NCBI RefSeq assembly: GCF_963921235.1
Contig: NC_086097.1
Coordinates: forward strand, 150,290,001-150,354,000
Length of the DNA stretch: 64,000 nucleotides
Direction: 5' to 3'
Source: Mobula hypostoma
Lineage: Eukaryota
Position numbers and translations under genes: made by a program. How positions within the stretch are numbered: position 1 is the first letter of the stretch; the number at the start of each line of letters is the position of its first letter. The notes under the pieces are model-generated. The model was not told the origin of the DNA. It was given only the letters and a program-made list of their open reading frames with translations, and did no database searches. This document shows, piece by piece, positions 26,095-39,044 of this stretch.

Positions 26095-27780
26095 ATCAGA
26101 ACCAGGTTAATATCACTGGCATATGTCATGAAATTTGTTGTTTTGTGGCAGAAGTACATCTTTATGCATAGCAATAAGTAATTAAAATTACAACAAGTAT
26201 ATTAAAAATAAATTAGATAAGCAGTGCAAAAGGAGAGCAAGGAATAGTGAGGTAATGTTTATGTGTTCACTGTCCATTTAGAAACCTGATGGCAGAGGGA
26301 ATGAGGCTGTTTTTGAAACACTGTCTATGTGTCTTCAGGCTTCTGTACCTCCTCCTTGATTGTGGCATTGAGAAGAGGTGATGGGTTTCCTTAATAATGG
26401 ATGCCATTTTTTTGAGGCATTGCCTTTTGAAGGTGCCCTTGATGCTGTGGAGGCTGGTGCACATGATGGAGCTCACCGAGTTTATAACTTTCTGTAGTTT
26501 TTTCTAATCCTGTGCAGTGGCCCCTCTATACCAGACAGAGATGCAATGAGTTAGAATACTCTCCCCAGTACATCAGTGGAAATTTGCGAGAATCTTTGGT
26601 GGCATATGAAGTCTTCTTAAACTCCTAAAGAAATAGAGCCACTGTCATGTCTTTGTAATTGTGTCAATATATTGGGCACAGGATAGATCTTCAGATTGTT
26701 GACCATAAGATATAGGAACAGAATTAGACCATTTGGCCCATCAAGTCTGCTCCAATTTTGCACTCAGCCCCAATATTCTGCCTTCTTCCTGTATTTTTGT
26801 GACCTCCGTAGAACCCTCTTGAATGTCAGCACATCCTTTCTAAGATAAAGGGCCCAAATCTGCTCATAATACTCTATGAGGCCTCAGCAGTGCTTTATCA
26901 AGTCTCAACATTATATCCTTGATACCAAGGAACTTGTAACTGCTTATCCTTTCCACTGCTGATCCCTCAGAGGACTGGAGTGTGTTCCCTCGCCTTCCCC
27001 TTCCTGAAGTCCACAGTCAATTCCTTGGTCTTACTGATGTTGAAGCATCGAGGTGAGTGCAGAAGGCTGATTTATCTCACTTCTGTATGCCTCCTTGTCA
27101 CCATCTTACATTCTGCCAACAATAGTTGGAAAATTTATAGATGGCATTTGAGCTGTGTCTAGCCACGCAGTCATGGATGTACAGAAAGTAGATAGATAGG
27201 CTAAACACATATCTTTGAGGCATTCCAGTATTGATTCTCAGTGAGGATGAGATATTTCCTATCTACACTGACTGTGGTCTCCCAGTGAGGAAGTCAATGA
27301 TCTATTTGCAGAGGGAAGTACAGAGGCCCAGGTTTTGGAGCCTGTTGATTAGAATTGAGGGGATGATTGTGTAATCAGCACTAAACTGTAATCAGTAATT
27401 AGCAGCCTGACATAGGTATTGTTATTGTTCAAGTGATCCAAGGCCAAGTGGAGAGCCAGTGAGATCGCATCTGCTACCGACCTATTATGGTGATTGGGAA
27501 ATTGCAGCAGCTCCAGATCTTTGCTGAGGCAGGAGTTGATCCTGGCCCTGACCAACCTCTCAAAGCACTTCATAACAATAGGTGTGAGTGCAATTTGGTG
27601 ATAGTTGTTGATTCAGTTCATCCTGCTTTTCTTGGGCACTGGTATGATTTTTCCCCATTTGAAGCAGATGGGAATCTGACCGCAGCAGTGAGAGATTGAA
27701 GATGTCCTTGAACACTCCCACTATTTGGTTGGCACAGGTTTCCTGTGCCCATCCAGGTACACCATCAGGGCCCAACATCA
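26095..27780 (-). mobile_element. Rex1-type LINE (RT to 3' end) with an inserted CR1 fragment at ~26705-26920
   Basis: GPDGVPG, VFKDIFNLSL, MKCFERLV, NRSVADAISLALH, RRYRSLKTH...FKNS. Confidence 0.85.
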
Positions 27781-28309
27781 AGATTTAATACTTGGTTGAT
27801 TACATGATTCTCTTTTCACCTTCCTGGTTCATGATCCCCTGCAAGTAACCTGAATATCTTAAATGGTTTCAGTATCCATAAATACACGGTCACATCCTTA
27901 ACAAATTAAGATTACATCCACGCTCACCTTCCTCAAAGTGATATCACTGGTCCCATTAGGGTTCGTGTACTGGTACCCGCTGTTATTATATACATACAAA
28001 CAAATATAAAACAGTTATCTTTGGTATTCTTGCCCAATACTTAAACCTCAGCCAAAACAGTAATGAAATATCACTTGCCATCTTCCCTTGCTTTTCCCAC
28101 ATTAAGTATCCTATTTCCTACACCAAAAAGTGGCCAAATTTTAAAAAGGACTTCTTAGCAGTAAAAATTTAAGAACATACATTTAAGGATACACCATTGT
28201 TAAAAATGCAACACAAATGCAATTCTTTCTTCCCACCTAACAACATGCTTTCTTTCCAGCTTATCTGAATAGATTGTAATCTTTTACAACCATCATTAGT
28301 TTTACCTAT

Positions 28310-28680
28310 AGTCATAGAGAAGTGCAGCACAAAACAGGCCCTTCAGCCCATCTAGTCCATGCTGAACCATTTAAGCTGCCTACTTCCATCAACCAGCAAC
28401 AGGACCAGAGTCCTCCATATCCCTATTAACCATGTACCTATCTAAACTTTGCTTGATCTAGCTCACATGCACCACTTGCACTGGCAACTCGTTCCCCATT
28501 GTCAGCCCTCTGAGTGAAAAAGTTTCCCCTCATTTTCCCCTTAAACTTTTCACCCTTAACTCACGACCTCTAGTTGTAGTCTACCCAACCTTATTGGAAA
28601 ACGCCTGCTTGCATTTACCAGATCATAATTTTGTATACCTATATCAAATCTCCTCCCAATCTTCTACATTCCAAAGTCAG
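28310..28680 (-). mobile_element. CR1 3' end fragment
   Basis: Reverse complement of a CR1 3' end (GGGCCTGTTTTGTGCTG...CTATGACTAT). Confidence 0.7.
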
Positions 28681-29172
28681 CATTTTCAATTTTTTCCATC
28701 AATTCCTTTTTTGTCAATACTTTTAACATATAGTTTTTCAAATTACTCTCCCTTCTTGTGGATATATTTCCTAAAATTCATAGCAAAACTATCTTTCACA
28801 TAAGCCTTTCAGGTGCTTTTTAAAATGCACTTAAATATCTTTTATTTGATTATCATTAATCGCATAATTCCTTTTTTCTTCAAGAACTTCTTTAAGTTAT
28901 GCCCTGCTAAAGCACCACGGTTAATGGTACATTTATTATTAAAGTATGTCTGCAGTAAAGTACGTCTAGTAGATTCATCTTCTCCAGACTGTCATGAACG
29001 AAGAAAACCATGGAAACCATACAAAGAAAAACATCGACACCTTCACTTGCAAAAAAAATGGCAACAAGAACATTAGCCCCACCACCCATGCACCAGACTC
29101 AATTATCAATCATCTCTTAAATTTATTTTTAGTCCAGAAATTTTTGTAATGTGATTTGTGTAGTGTACCTAC

Positions 29173-29442
29173 CTTCCACCAATTATAAGACACCATGGGA
29201 ATAGTTTTATTACTTTTGATCAGGATGGGAATCATGTTGGAAATGTAGCGTTTGTCAAACCATTCTGACACACCTAATTCAGAGACACAGCGGCTGCAGC
29301 TGCATTTATTCAGTGTCATGATCTGGTGTTGTAAGAAGTACCTCTTGTTCGTAATAGCAATAAGTGCAGTAATCAACAGCAATGCGAGAAACGATACATG
29401 GAAGAAATACCTAAGCTTCTTCCACCTGCACATATTGGCCAT
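29173..29442 (-). CDS. ST3GAL1-like: ST3Gal I-like sialyltransferase, first coding exon (cytoplasmic tail, TM anchor, stem)
   Basis: GGC ATG G start at 29442. Encodes MANMCRWKKLRYFFHVSFLALLLITALIAIT...CSCSRCVSELGVSEWFDKRY...SYNWWK|gtaggt: a type II TM segment, the CxCxxC..WFDxR motif and the WWx phase-0 boundary of ST3Gal I/II. An alternative ATG is at 29433. Confidence 0.92.
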
Positions 29443-29980
29443 GCCCAATATACTGAAGTGTGCTTGATAGCAGTGCAAAATGAGGAACAAGGAATGGATC
29501 CTTGTCAGTGAATCAGTGGGCAGTGAATTATGGCAAATGTGCACTGAACTCACAGGGTGGATGCAGCAAACCCAGCTCAGCTCTGGAGTACTCCCATGAA
29601 ACAGACTCTACGTGATAGAATAATTGAAGTTTTCAGAAAGATTGTGATGAATCGGCCAGTGTTTTCTTCCAAATCAAGCCAGTACTTTTGAAAGTCACCG
29701 TGACATTGAGTCACCTTTTAATGTTTTCCAGTAGGCAGGCAGGTTGATCAACAATACAATGTAAACAACCACTGCATGTCGAACTGCAATTATATTGAGT
29801 CAAATGATGATTTTTTTACACTGATGGTTTGGAGTCTAGAAATGAGGTTGGCTTTCTCTTCAAATTTATTTTATATCTCTGTAATTGGGCAATTTCTTCA
29901 AACTAGAAGAGTAGAACTTCCATCTAAAAGAAAAAAACAAAGGCAATCCATTAGCATTTTATCACCAACTCTACCAAGTG

Positions 29981-30052
29981 GTGATAAATGCCATCCATCA
30001 CCACACTCATACTTGTGGGGTAATAAATGCCACCCATCACCACACTCATACT
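29981..30052. repeat. 39-bp tandem duplication
   Basis: GT(G/A)ATAAATGCCA(T/C)CCATCACCACACTCATACT at 29981 and 30020. Confidence 0.85.
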
Positions 30053-30102
30053 CTATGCTATTTTTAAAGCATACTTTGGATCCAAAAGTAGAGTCAGTAA
30101 AG

Positions 30103-30453
30103 CAGTGGTCCCCAACCTCCGGGCCGCAGACTGATACATTGCCGCGAAGCATGCAGGGGTGCAGTGGTGGCCGGGACGCACCCAGCACATCTTTAAGAAA
30201 AAAGCCGAAATAAACAAGCTAATTAATTAGGTGCCGCCCGGCATGTAAATGTTGGCCCAGGTCAAAGGCGACACAATCAGTAATCACCTCTGATCTGGGC
30301 TGACATTTACGTGCCGGTCGGCACCTAATTAATTATCTTGGTTTATTTTGGCTTTTTTCTTAAAGATGTGCTGGGTGAGTCCCGGCCACCACTGCACCGC
30401 TGCATTCTTCACGGCAATGTATCAGTCCACGGCCCAGAGGTTGGGGACCACTG
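30103..30453. mobile_element. Palindromic hAT (Charlie-like) MITE, 351 bp
   Basis: TIR CAGTGGTCCCCAACCTC / GAGGTTGGGGACCACTG. The two arms are complementary over nearly the whole length. Perfect 8-bp TSD CAGTAAAG (30095-30102 and 30454-30461). Confidence 0.93.
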
Positions 30454-30730
30454 CAGTAAAGAGCCATAAATTTAATATTTACAAAAGCTGTGAATCTTTA
30501 ACCAAGTAAGTCTTGTCAATATTTTGCGAGGTAAGTTATAAATCTACAGAACAACATCAGAAGCAGCACAAAACAACTGCTTCAGAACAGCTTCTTTCCT
30601 TCCCTCCACAGTCAGATTTCCGAATTGACATTACTTCACTGTTTTTTTAATCCTTTTTTGCTCCTCGCTTTTTGCATTATTTATTTAATTTAATTTTTAT
30701 AAATTTCTTTACTGTAGTTTATAAGTCTGT

Positions 30731-30840
30731 TATTATTAGGTATTGGACTGTACTGTTGTTGCAGAACATACTGTATACCAGTGATATTATTAGGTATTGG
30801 ACTGTACTGTTGTTGCAGAACATACTGTATACCAGTGATA
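30731..30840. repeat. 54-bp tandem duplication within a LINE 3' tail
   Basis: TATTATTAGGTATTGGACTGTACTGTTGTTGCAGAACATACTGTATACCAGTGA at 30731 and 30785. Confidence 0.9.
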
Positions 30841-31787
30841 CCAGTGAGATTCTGAGTCTGAAATAACCATTGGTGGTGAGCAGGCGATAGTTGAGAGCTT
30901 CAAATTCCTCAGTGTAAATGAGACCAACAATTATTGCTGGCCAAGAAACATGGAAACTACAATCAAGAAAGCACATTCGTTAATGTGATCCAATATAGTG
31001 TATCTGGTATTATTATATATTTTTTCTTTTGTTTTATAATATGTATTTTCTTGGACTCTGTATTCTTCTATGTAGAAATTAATAAAAATATTGAACAAAA
31101 AGAAGAAAGCACATCAATAGCTCCAGTTCCTCAGAAGCATAAGGAACTTTGACATCTCCTCAATGACTCTTACTCATTTTTACAGATATACCATGCAGTA
31201 TTGCACCCATATTGGACTGTTCCAGTACTTTTATATTTGTGTGCTGTAGCACTTACTTTTTATTCGCAGTTATTTTGTAAATAATACTATTCTTTTGCAC
31301 TTCTGTTCAGATGCTAATTGCATTTCATTGGCTTTGTATCTGTACTCAGCACAATGACAATAAAGTTGAATCTAATCTAATCTAATCTAATCAAGAAAAC
31401 TTCCTATCTGGGTGACATGGCAACCACTCTTACAGTATTACAATAAACTAAATAAATCAATCAACAGAGCGAAAGAGGAATAGTGAGGTAGAGTTCAGGA
31501 GTTCAATGACCATGCAGAAGTCTGATAACAAAGGAGAAGCTGCTCTAAGACATTGAATGTGGGATTTCAGGCTCCTGTACCTCATCCCTGATAGAAGTAA
31601 TGGGAAGAGGGCACGCCCAGATGGTGAGGGTCAATCCCAGGTTTAGAAAAGAATCCTGCTAAAATGTGCAATTGGCAAAGAGTGAGTGGAATCCAGCTTC
31701 TCATAGCATGCTCGAAATATTATCTTGTTATAAGCAATATCCTGTTTCAAAAGGGTACGTAGACATTTCTGACTCAAACCAACTCAC

Positions 31788-31932
31788 CTGTTAAGATTCC
31801 AGGTACTTCCTCACCAGAGCAGGAATTGGCAAGGATGCCTGTCATCTTGGTAATTGTGACTGATCAGCTTGGAGCTCTTGCTGTTATCTCAATCAGACTG
31901 GCCCCGAAATAATGACGGCAACTGAAATTGTG
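31788..31932 (-). other. Candidate 5' UTR exon of the sialyltransferase gene
   Basis: Strong acceptor GGTTTTCTTTCAG| and donor CAG|GTGAGT in non-repetitive DNA ~2.3 kb upstream of the ATG. Confidence 0.55.
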
Positions 31933-32289
31933 CTGAAAGAAAACCAGTGGCCTAAGACAGCTGCTCATGTAGCTCTTCTCAGACAGCATCTCAAAGATAA
32001 CCTGACAAAGGCAATGCTAGAAAAAAGCTGAGGGATTCGCAATCAACTTCCACTGTACGTGCCAATAGATTCCAATAGCTTCTTCCTGATACTCCCACCA
32101 TCACAGAACCAAGTCTCCATATATTAGTTTGAGAGTCATAAGCATTTGGTTCACCACATTCACAGAGAACACTGGATGCTCACACCACTAGGTATTCATC
32201 TGCATTACTCCCATCTCCCAGCATCTGGCCCGTAGCCTCCTGTAGAAAATTGTAATTTTCTGCTTGTCTCTCTACTTCTTTCTGCTCTT

Positions 32290-35090
32290 CTCTTACAAGA
32301 AACTGAAAGTCACATCAGGTATGATCGACTGACTCCTTTGAGCATCCGAGAGACAGCATTCAGCATTAATCTGCAGAAGAGGGACGCCTATCTTCCATTG
32401 GGATCCCCTCCTCCCACAAACCACGGGAGATCCATTCACCACACCGGCATTACCAAGGAAGCAGCGTCGGAGGTGAGGAAGACGAGCCGGCATCTTGGTT
32501 AGGTTAAGACAGCGCGCAAATCAGCCGCTGCTCCCAAGCTTACTCCTGGCCTACGTACAGTCCCTGGACAACAAGCTGTGTGAGCTGGAAGCCAGAACAT
32601 CCTACCAATGGGAAACAAAGCACTGTAACATCTTATGCTTTACTGAAACCTAGCTGTCGGAGGAGACAGCAGACCAAATCATCTGTGTTCCGAGGGGACA
32701 GGTCTAAAGACCTCTCCAGGAGAAGTAAAGGCAGGGGGGCCTATTTTTCCTGGTGAACAATGGTTGGTGTGACCCAGGTAGTGTGTACACCCTCAAATCA
32801 TTTTGCTCCCAGATCTGGAGTATATTATGCTGCTGTGTTGACCTTTCTGGCTGCCTGAAGAATTCACATCTGTTATTATTACAGCTGTGTACATCCCACC
32901 ACAGGCTGATAACAACCTGGCTCTCAATGAACTTTGCAAAATGATCAATATCCATGAAACCACACACCCAGAGGCTGCTTTAATCATCGCTGGAGACTTT
33001 AACCAAGGATTACTGACCAGACCTTACCAAAGTTCAGCCAACACATCGAGGAGAGCACGTGGGGAGGAAGGAGACTCAACCACTGCTACTCTCCCTTCTG
33101 CAACATCTGTGAAGTACTTCTCTGGACTCCATTTGGAAAGCCTGACCATTCCTCCATCTTGCTCCTGCCCGCCTGCAGGCAGAAATTGAAACAGAAGAAG
33201 GCTATAGTGAAAACCATTCACTGCAGGTCCAACCAATCAGACTCAATGTTACAAGACTGCTTTGATAGCGTCAGCCTGGGAGGTATTTCGAGCTGAGTAC
33301 ATCTCCGAATACATGGAAGTGGTCACAAGCTTCTTTCAGAAGTGCTTTGAAGACATTGTACTCCAAAAAATCGGTCCAGGTCTACCCAAACCAGAAGCCT
33401 TGGATAAACAGCTCAGTGTGTGCTGCTCTCAGTGCAAGGGATAAAGCCTTCGCCCTCAGAGACCAACAGGAGCTCCAGAGCTGCCACGATGATTTACGTA
33501 GAACCATCAAGGTGGCAAAAACGCAACACATGGACAAAATCCAGTCACAACTCTGCCACAATGACACACGCAGCGTACGGCAAGGACTGCACAGCATCAT
33601 GGACTTCAAGAGGAAACGCAGCAGTACAGGCAAAATTACTGCCTTGCTTCCAGACGAGCTAACTGTTTTTGATGCTTGATTCGAGGTTGATAAGACTGAA
33701 CCCCTGAGGAAAGCTACCAACAAGACCTGCTACATGGTCACCTCCAAGGCTGAGGTACGTAAAACATTCCAACATGTCAACAGCCATAAGGCAGCAGGGC
33801 CAGACAGCATCCCAGGGCGGGTCCTCTAAGTGTGGGTGGAACAGCTGGCTGGTGTGTTTACAGACATTTTAAATCTCTCCTTCTCCCAATGTGTAGTGCC
33901 CCCAGTTTCAAGTCGTCCATCATTGTCCCTGTACCTGAAAAAAACCAAGGTAGCATGCCTGAACGATTGGCATCCTGTTGCACTCACCTCAATCATAAGC
34001 ATATGCTTTGAGAGGCTGGTTAAAGACTACATCTGCAGCGTGCTACCACCCACACTGAACCCCTTACAATATGTCTACCGATGGAACTGGTCTACAGATG
34101 ACGCCATAGCCACAGCACTACACACCATCCTCACTCACCTGGAGAAGAGCGATGAAGAGAGAGACTTCTTATTGGATCCTTACAGGTGGTAAGGATGAGC
34201 ACTCTCACCTCTGCCCTTCTGACCCTCAACACAGGTGCCCCTAGAGCTGTGTCCTGAGTCCCCTTCTCTACTCCCTTTACACCCATGACTGTGCTGCCAC
34301 ACACAGCTCCAAGCTGCTGATCAAATTTGCAGATGACACGACATTGATAGGCTTTATTTCTAGCAGTGATGGGACAGCCTACAGAGCAGAGGTTGACACC
34401 CTGACACAGTGGTGCCAAGATAACAACTTCTCCCTCAGTGTCCAAAAAACAGAAGAGCTAATCATGGCTTACAGGAAGAATGGAGACAGGCTCACCCCAA
34501 ACAACATCAATAGGACTGCATTTGAGAGGGTAAGCAGTTTCAAGTTCCTCGATATACATACCACCGAAGATCTCATTGGGACTGTACAGACCGACTGTGT
34601 AGTAAAAAAGAGCACAACAGCATCTCTCCCACCTCAGGAGACTAAAGAAGTTCAGCACGGGCCCCCAAATCCTCAAGATCTTCTACAGGGGCACCATTGA
34701 GAGCATCCTGACTGGCTGTATCACTGCCTGGTATGGGAAGTGTACCAACTTTGATCACTGGGCACTGCAGAGAGTGGCCCAATGCATCTGTGGACATGAA
34801 CTTACCACCACTGAGAACATTTACAGCAGCAGGTGTGTAAAGAAGGCCCAGAAGATCATCAGGGATACCAGTCACCCCGACCATAATCTGTTTCTGCTGC
34901 TTCCATCTAGCAAACGGTACCACAGCATTAAAGACAGGACCAACAGGCTATGGGACAGCTTCTTTCTGCAAGCCATTACACTTATAAATTCACGTCTGTA
35001 CATTGCAATGGAGTCATAACACAAAGATTTTTACTCCCTTATGTTGTGTGACGGATGTAAGATTTAAATTAATTCAATTCAGTTCAAGTG
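32290..35090 (+). mobile_element. Near-full-length degraded Rex1/Babar LINE
   Basis: APE motifs (CFTET, VYIPPQA, IIAGDFN) and RT motifs (DWHPVALTS, IKFADDT, FLDIH). (AATTC)n-like tail. Confidence 0.9.
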
Positions 35091-35719
35091 ACTGAGGAGC
35101 TTATCTTGGCACTTCTTAAATGCTGCCTGCAATTCCACTTCTTCAGGCAATATATTCCAGATACTCACCACTCCCTGGGTGAAAAGGTTCAGCCTCAAAT
35201 TCCCTCTAAATCTCTTCCCCTTACTCTAAATCAATGTATCTAAGTACACCTACACGTGGTGTGGCGTTAGATTTCCTGAAGTCTACCTATCTATACCTCT
35301 CATAATTTGACATACCTTCATCATGACCCCTCTTAGCCTCCTCTGCTCTGGGAAAACAGATCACAAGGGAGACTGCAGTTGGCCATACACTGCAGGGCAA
35401 CATTCCTCATACAGGATCCCGACCTGAAGTGTCAACTATTTCCTGCAGTCTACAAATACTGAGTATTAATTTTCTATCAATTTTCTCCAGCTATTTGCTG
35501 GAGAAACTCCAAGTCTCTCCGGTCTCTCCTCATAACTGAAATGCAACATTCTGGTGACAACCCTCTGCAGCCTCTCCAGCACTATCATGGGATTTCTTTA
35601 GCATGATGACCTAAATTGCTTGCAGTGCTCCAGCTAACATATGACTAACATTTTACAAGGTTGGAGCATGAAGTCCCGGTTCTTCTATTCAGTGATCTGG
35701 GCAATGAAGTCTAGGTGAT

Positions 35720-36530
35720 GAGGTGGCCGCAGGAAGCAGACCAGTGCTATGGGATTGCTTTGAGTCAGTAGTCTAGGTCATGTGTACATCACGGTTGTCA
35801 CGGACTTTGTTAAAACAGTTGTTGACAGATATGTCCCCACAAAATCATTCAGTCTTCTTCAACCAGAAGCCCTGGAGGAACCAAGTGATCCACAATCTGA
35901 TGAGGTTCAGATCAGAGGCATTCAAGTGTGGCAAGAGAGCCAGGCACGATTTCTGGAAAGCCATCTCACAGGTGATGTAGCAGTTCCAGACTAAGCTTGA
36001 ATCAATGAAGGACACTCGACAGTTGTGGCAGGACTTGAATGCTATGACCTCTTACAAAGTGAAATCAAGCGCGACATAGATTGCAACAATGTTTTGCTCC
36101 CAGATGATCTCAACATCTTCTATGCTCACTTTGACCATCAAAACGTGGAGACACCTTCACAAACTCCCACAGCCTCTGATGATCTAACCATCAAAACATG
36201 GAGGCCTGAGAAGCAATTGGATCCACTCCCATTTGCCTACTGGAATAACAGGACCACAGCAGATGCCATTTCATTGGCTCTTCACTTAACCCTGGAACAT
36301 CAGGACAGCAAAGGTACAGCAGGATGCTCTTTATTGACTAAAGCTCAGCATTCAATATTTTCATCCCCTCAGATCTAAGCTTCAAACCCTTGGCCCCAAT
36401 ACTGCCTTGTCCAATTGGATCATCAATTTCCTCACATGCAGATCTCATTTCTTGTTGCTCTACTTGCTTTACACTTATGATTGTATGACTAAGTGCAGCT
36501 TCAATGCCATATGTAAGTTTGTTGATGACA
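35720..36530 (+). mobile_element. Degraded Rex1 LINE fragment
   Basis: NQKPW, LLPDDLNIFY, LDPLPFAY..NRTTADAISLALH, KFVDDT. Confidence 0.8.
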
Positions 36531-36544
36531 CTAGAGGTCCATAA

Positions 36545-38605
36545 GTTAGTCCTCATCAGGGGATCCAATTGTCCGGTGTCACGTTGCTGACAATGACATC
36601 AGCACTGAAATGTAAGTCCAGTGATTGTAATGTGTCCGTCTTGTCGGATGCAGTTGACTCAGACGTGTTCTTCAGCTGAGCATCCAGTATCTGGTCCTCA
36701 TGACGTCTCCATGTCTTATATCCAACACCCACTGTGTACATCAATTGTCCAGGTCTTGTAGCTATCCTACTGGTCTTCTCAGTAATCATGCCCTAGGACT
36801 TTCTGTCCAATCTCAACGCTCCTCACTGCTTCACTTGGCAACTGGTTGAAATGTTTAATCTTTACTTCCCTCCGTAGATCTGGTTTTCAGGAGGTCTATG
36901 CAAGAACTCAGATCCCTGCTCATGAACAGCATTGTAGGTATTTGATTTGTCTTTGCATGAACAGAGTTCTGATACACAAAAAGGAAGATGTTCACCTTGT
37001 GCTGTAGAGAAATGTCCTCCTTGTCCATTGCTTTAATGGACTTCCTGAAGGTTTGGATAAACCTTTCAGCTAATCCATTCGTTGCTGGGTGGTGAGGAGC
37101 TGACTTGAATTGTCTGATGCCATTTTTCTTCATGAATTGTTGGAATTCTTCGGATATGTATTGTGGTCTGTTGTCACTCACAATTTGTTCTGGTAAGCTG
37201 TTTCTGGTGAAGATCAAACTCAGAGCGGAGACAGTGTTTGCTGAGGTGGTTGATTTCATTAGCATAACTCCCTGACTCTTCGAATGACCATCCACAGCAA
37301 TCAGGACTATGGAGTCCATGAATGGCCCAGTGAAGACGGCCACCTCCATGGGTGTAACGGTGCCTGTGCAAATACATTTTGCATTTTTTGGCATTCCGAA
37401 CAGCTTTCGGCCAAGTCTTCAATCTGTTTATCTATTCCCGGCTCAAACACATTCTCATCAGCATTAAGCAGCTGTGCCAGTCTCTGGTTAGTGCTGCCAT
37501 TTGGGCTGCCGTTGCCTGTTGATGTCACATTAAGAACTTTGATTGAGTGCCAGTCTAGATGGATTTTTCTCAACCATTTACATCCGAAAAATGCTGGTCC
37601 TCCACTTTTCAGTACATAAAGCTTTAAACATTGTGTCTGGCCTCCATGCGTCACATTTACTTCAGTTTGCCTTTGGGAGACACCTTTTCATCTGTGTAAC
37701 TCTTTAGCATCACTGAGGTCTTTTCTAATGATATCTTAGAAAAAAGTCTGTAGTAGTCAGCCTCAGGAATTACAGACAAAGCTGACCCTGTATCCAGCTC
37801 CATTTTCAGTTTTACATGAGACACACCTATTGTGATCCATATTACATTGTGATCTGCTTCAGTAATACTAAGCAGTTCTAGGCATGACAGTTCATCTTTG
37901 TCAGACTCTATATTGTCTGATTCCATTTTGCATTCGGTAACTTTATGCATTTGCTAAGTTTTGTGTTTCAGACTTTTCACTCAGTTGTGCTTTTTGTCTG
38001 CCTTGCATATTCTCCATGTGACCTTGTCTGTGATATGTTCTGCAAACTTTTTGTTTGAACCAACAGTTATTTGCATCATGGAAGGATTTGCCACATCAAT
38101 AACATCTTTGGCTTTTTGCACCATCCAAGGACATTTTGTGCATTTCACATTCTAATCTCTTTTTCTCTAATTCTGCTGCATCTTTTTCTGCAGTCTCTAA
38201 TGATATCACAATGGTCCATGCCCGTTTTAAGATTAGTTTTCTTTCTGCCAGTAGCCTCGTTTGAGTGCTTTGACTATGCATGCCACATATAAGCCTGTCC
38301 CTTAATGTATCAGAAAGGTCATCTTAAAGTCACAGTTCTGGGAAAGTTTGCGCAGTTCTGCAATGTATTCAATAAGACTTTCATCTTTTGATGGGTTTCT
38401 TTTGTAAAATCTAAAACTCTCAGCTATAACCAGCTGTTTAGTGCTCAAGGGATTTTGTAGAATTCTGCATAAGAGACTGTATGTTCTTGCACTAATTAAG
38501 CTAAGAAGCTAGGGGCTTTCTTTAGTTCCTCCACTTTGTTTGCATTACAATACAGATCAAACCTCTCAATATATGACTCCCACCCTTCATTAGCACTATC
38601 AAAGC
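36545..38605 (-). mobile_element. Gypsy LTR-retrotransposon internal region (gag, protease, integrase); RT/RNase H deleted
   Basis: Gag remnant (FDSANEGWESYIERF), protease MELDTGSALSVI, integrase PGIDKQIEDLAESCSECQ, VDGHSK, VSDNRPQY, HPATNGLAERFIQTF. Protease-to-integrase jump at ~37440. Confidence 0.9.
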
Positions 38606-38609
38606 TTTG

Positions 38610-38790
38610 AAACATCGAAGAGGGGGTAAGAGTTGGCTGCCTACCTTTTGATTGCCGTGGGTTTGCTCTGTGACTGGAGAGGGGAGACTTCTCTGATCAG
38701 TGGCGGGATCATTTTGCTACCGGAGAGGGGAAACTGCCTTTTGATCTCTGGTGGGATCACTCTGTTGCCAGAGATGGAGAGACTGCTGCT
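38610..38790. repeat. Inverted, unexpanded relative of the 39453-40145 repeat
   Basis: GGCTGCCTACCTTTTGATTGC and GGGATCATTTTGCTACCGGAGAGGGGAAACTG are reverse complements of sequence in 39453-40145. Confidence 0.8.
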
Positions 38791-39044
38791 GTGTTGGGAG
38801 AATGATAGCCAGATTTTTGCATTTTGGATATGGACTTTCTTCAGTCATATAGCTTTTTCTATTCTGTGCTTTCCATCTGATCTTTCTCAAATATTTTTGT
38901 GTGTGATGGAGGGGGATTTGCGGTTCAATGTGCCTGTTCTGTTTTTGTTTGTTTCTTCTGTGGGGAGGAGGGATTTGGGAGTTGATGATCGTGCTGGCAT
39001 TCTTTTCTTTCTTGAGTTCGAATCCAGCCGGCTCCCCTGCACAC

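Noticed and set aside
28890..29120. Plus-strand short ORFs (MNEENHGNHTKK...) or an ancient TTAA-bounded repeat
   Set aside because: No recognisable homology, and I could not define termini with confidence.
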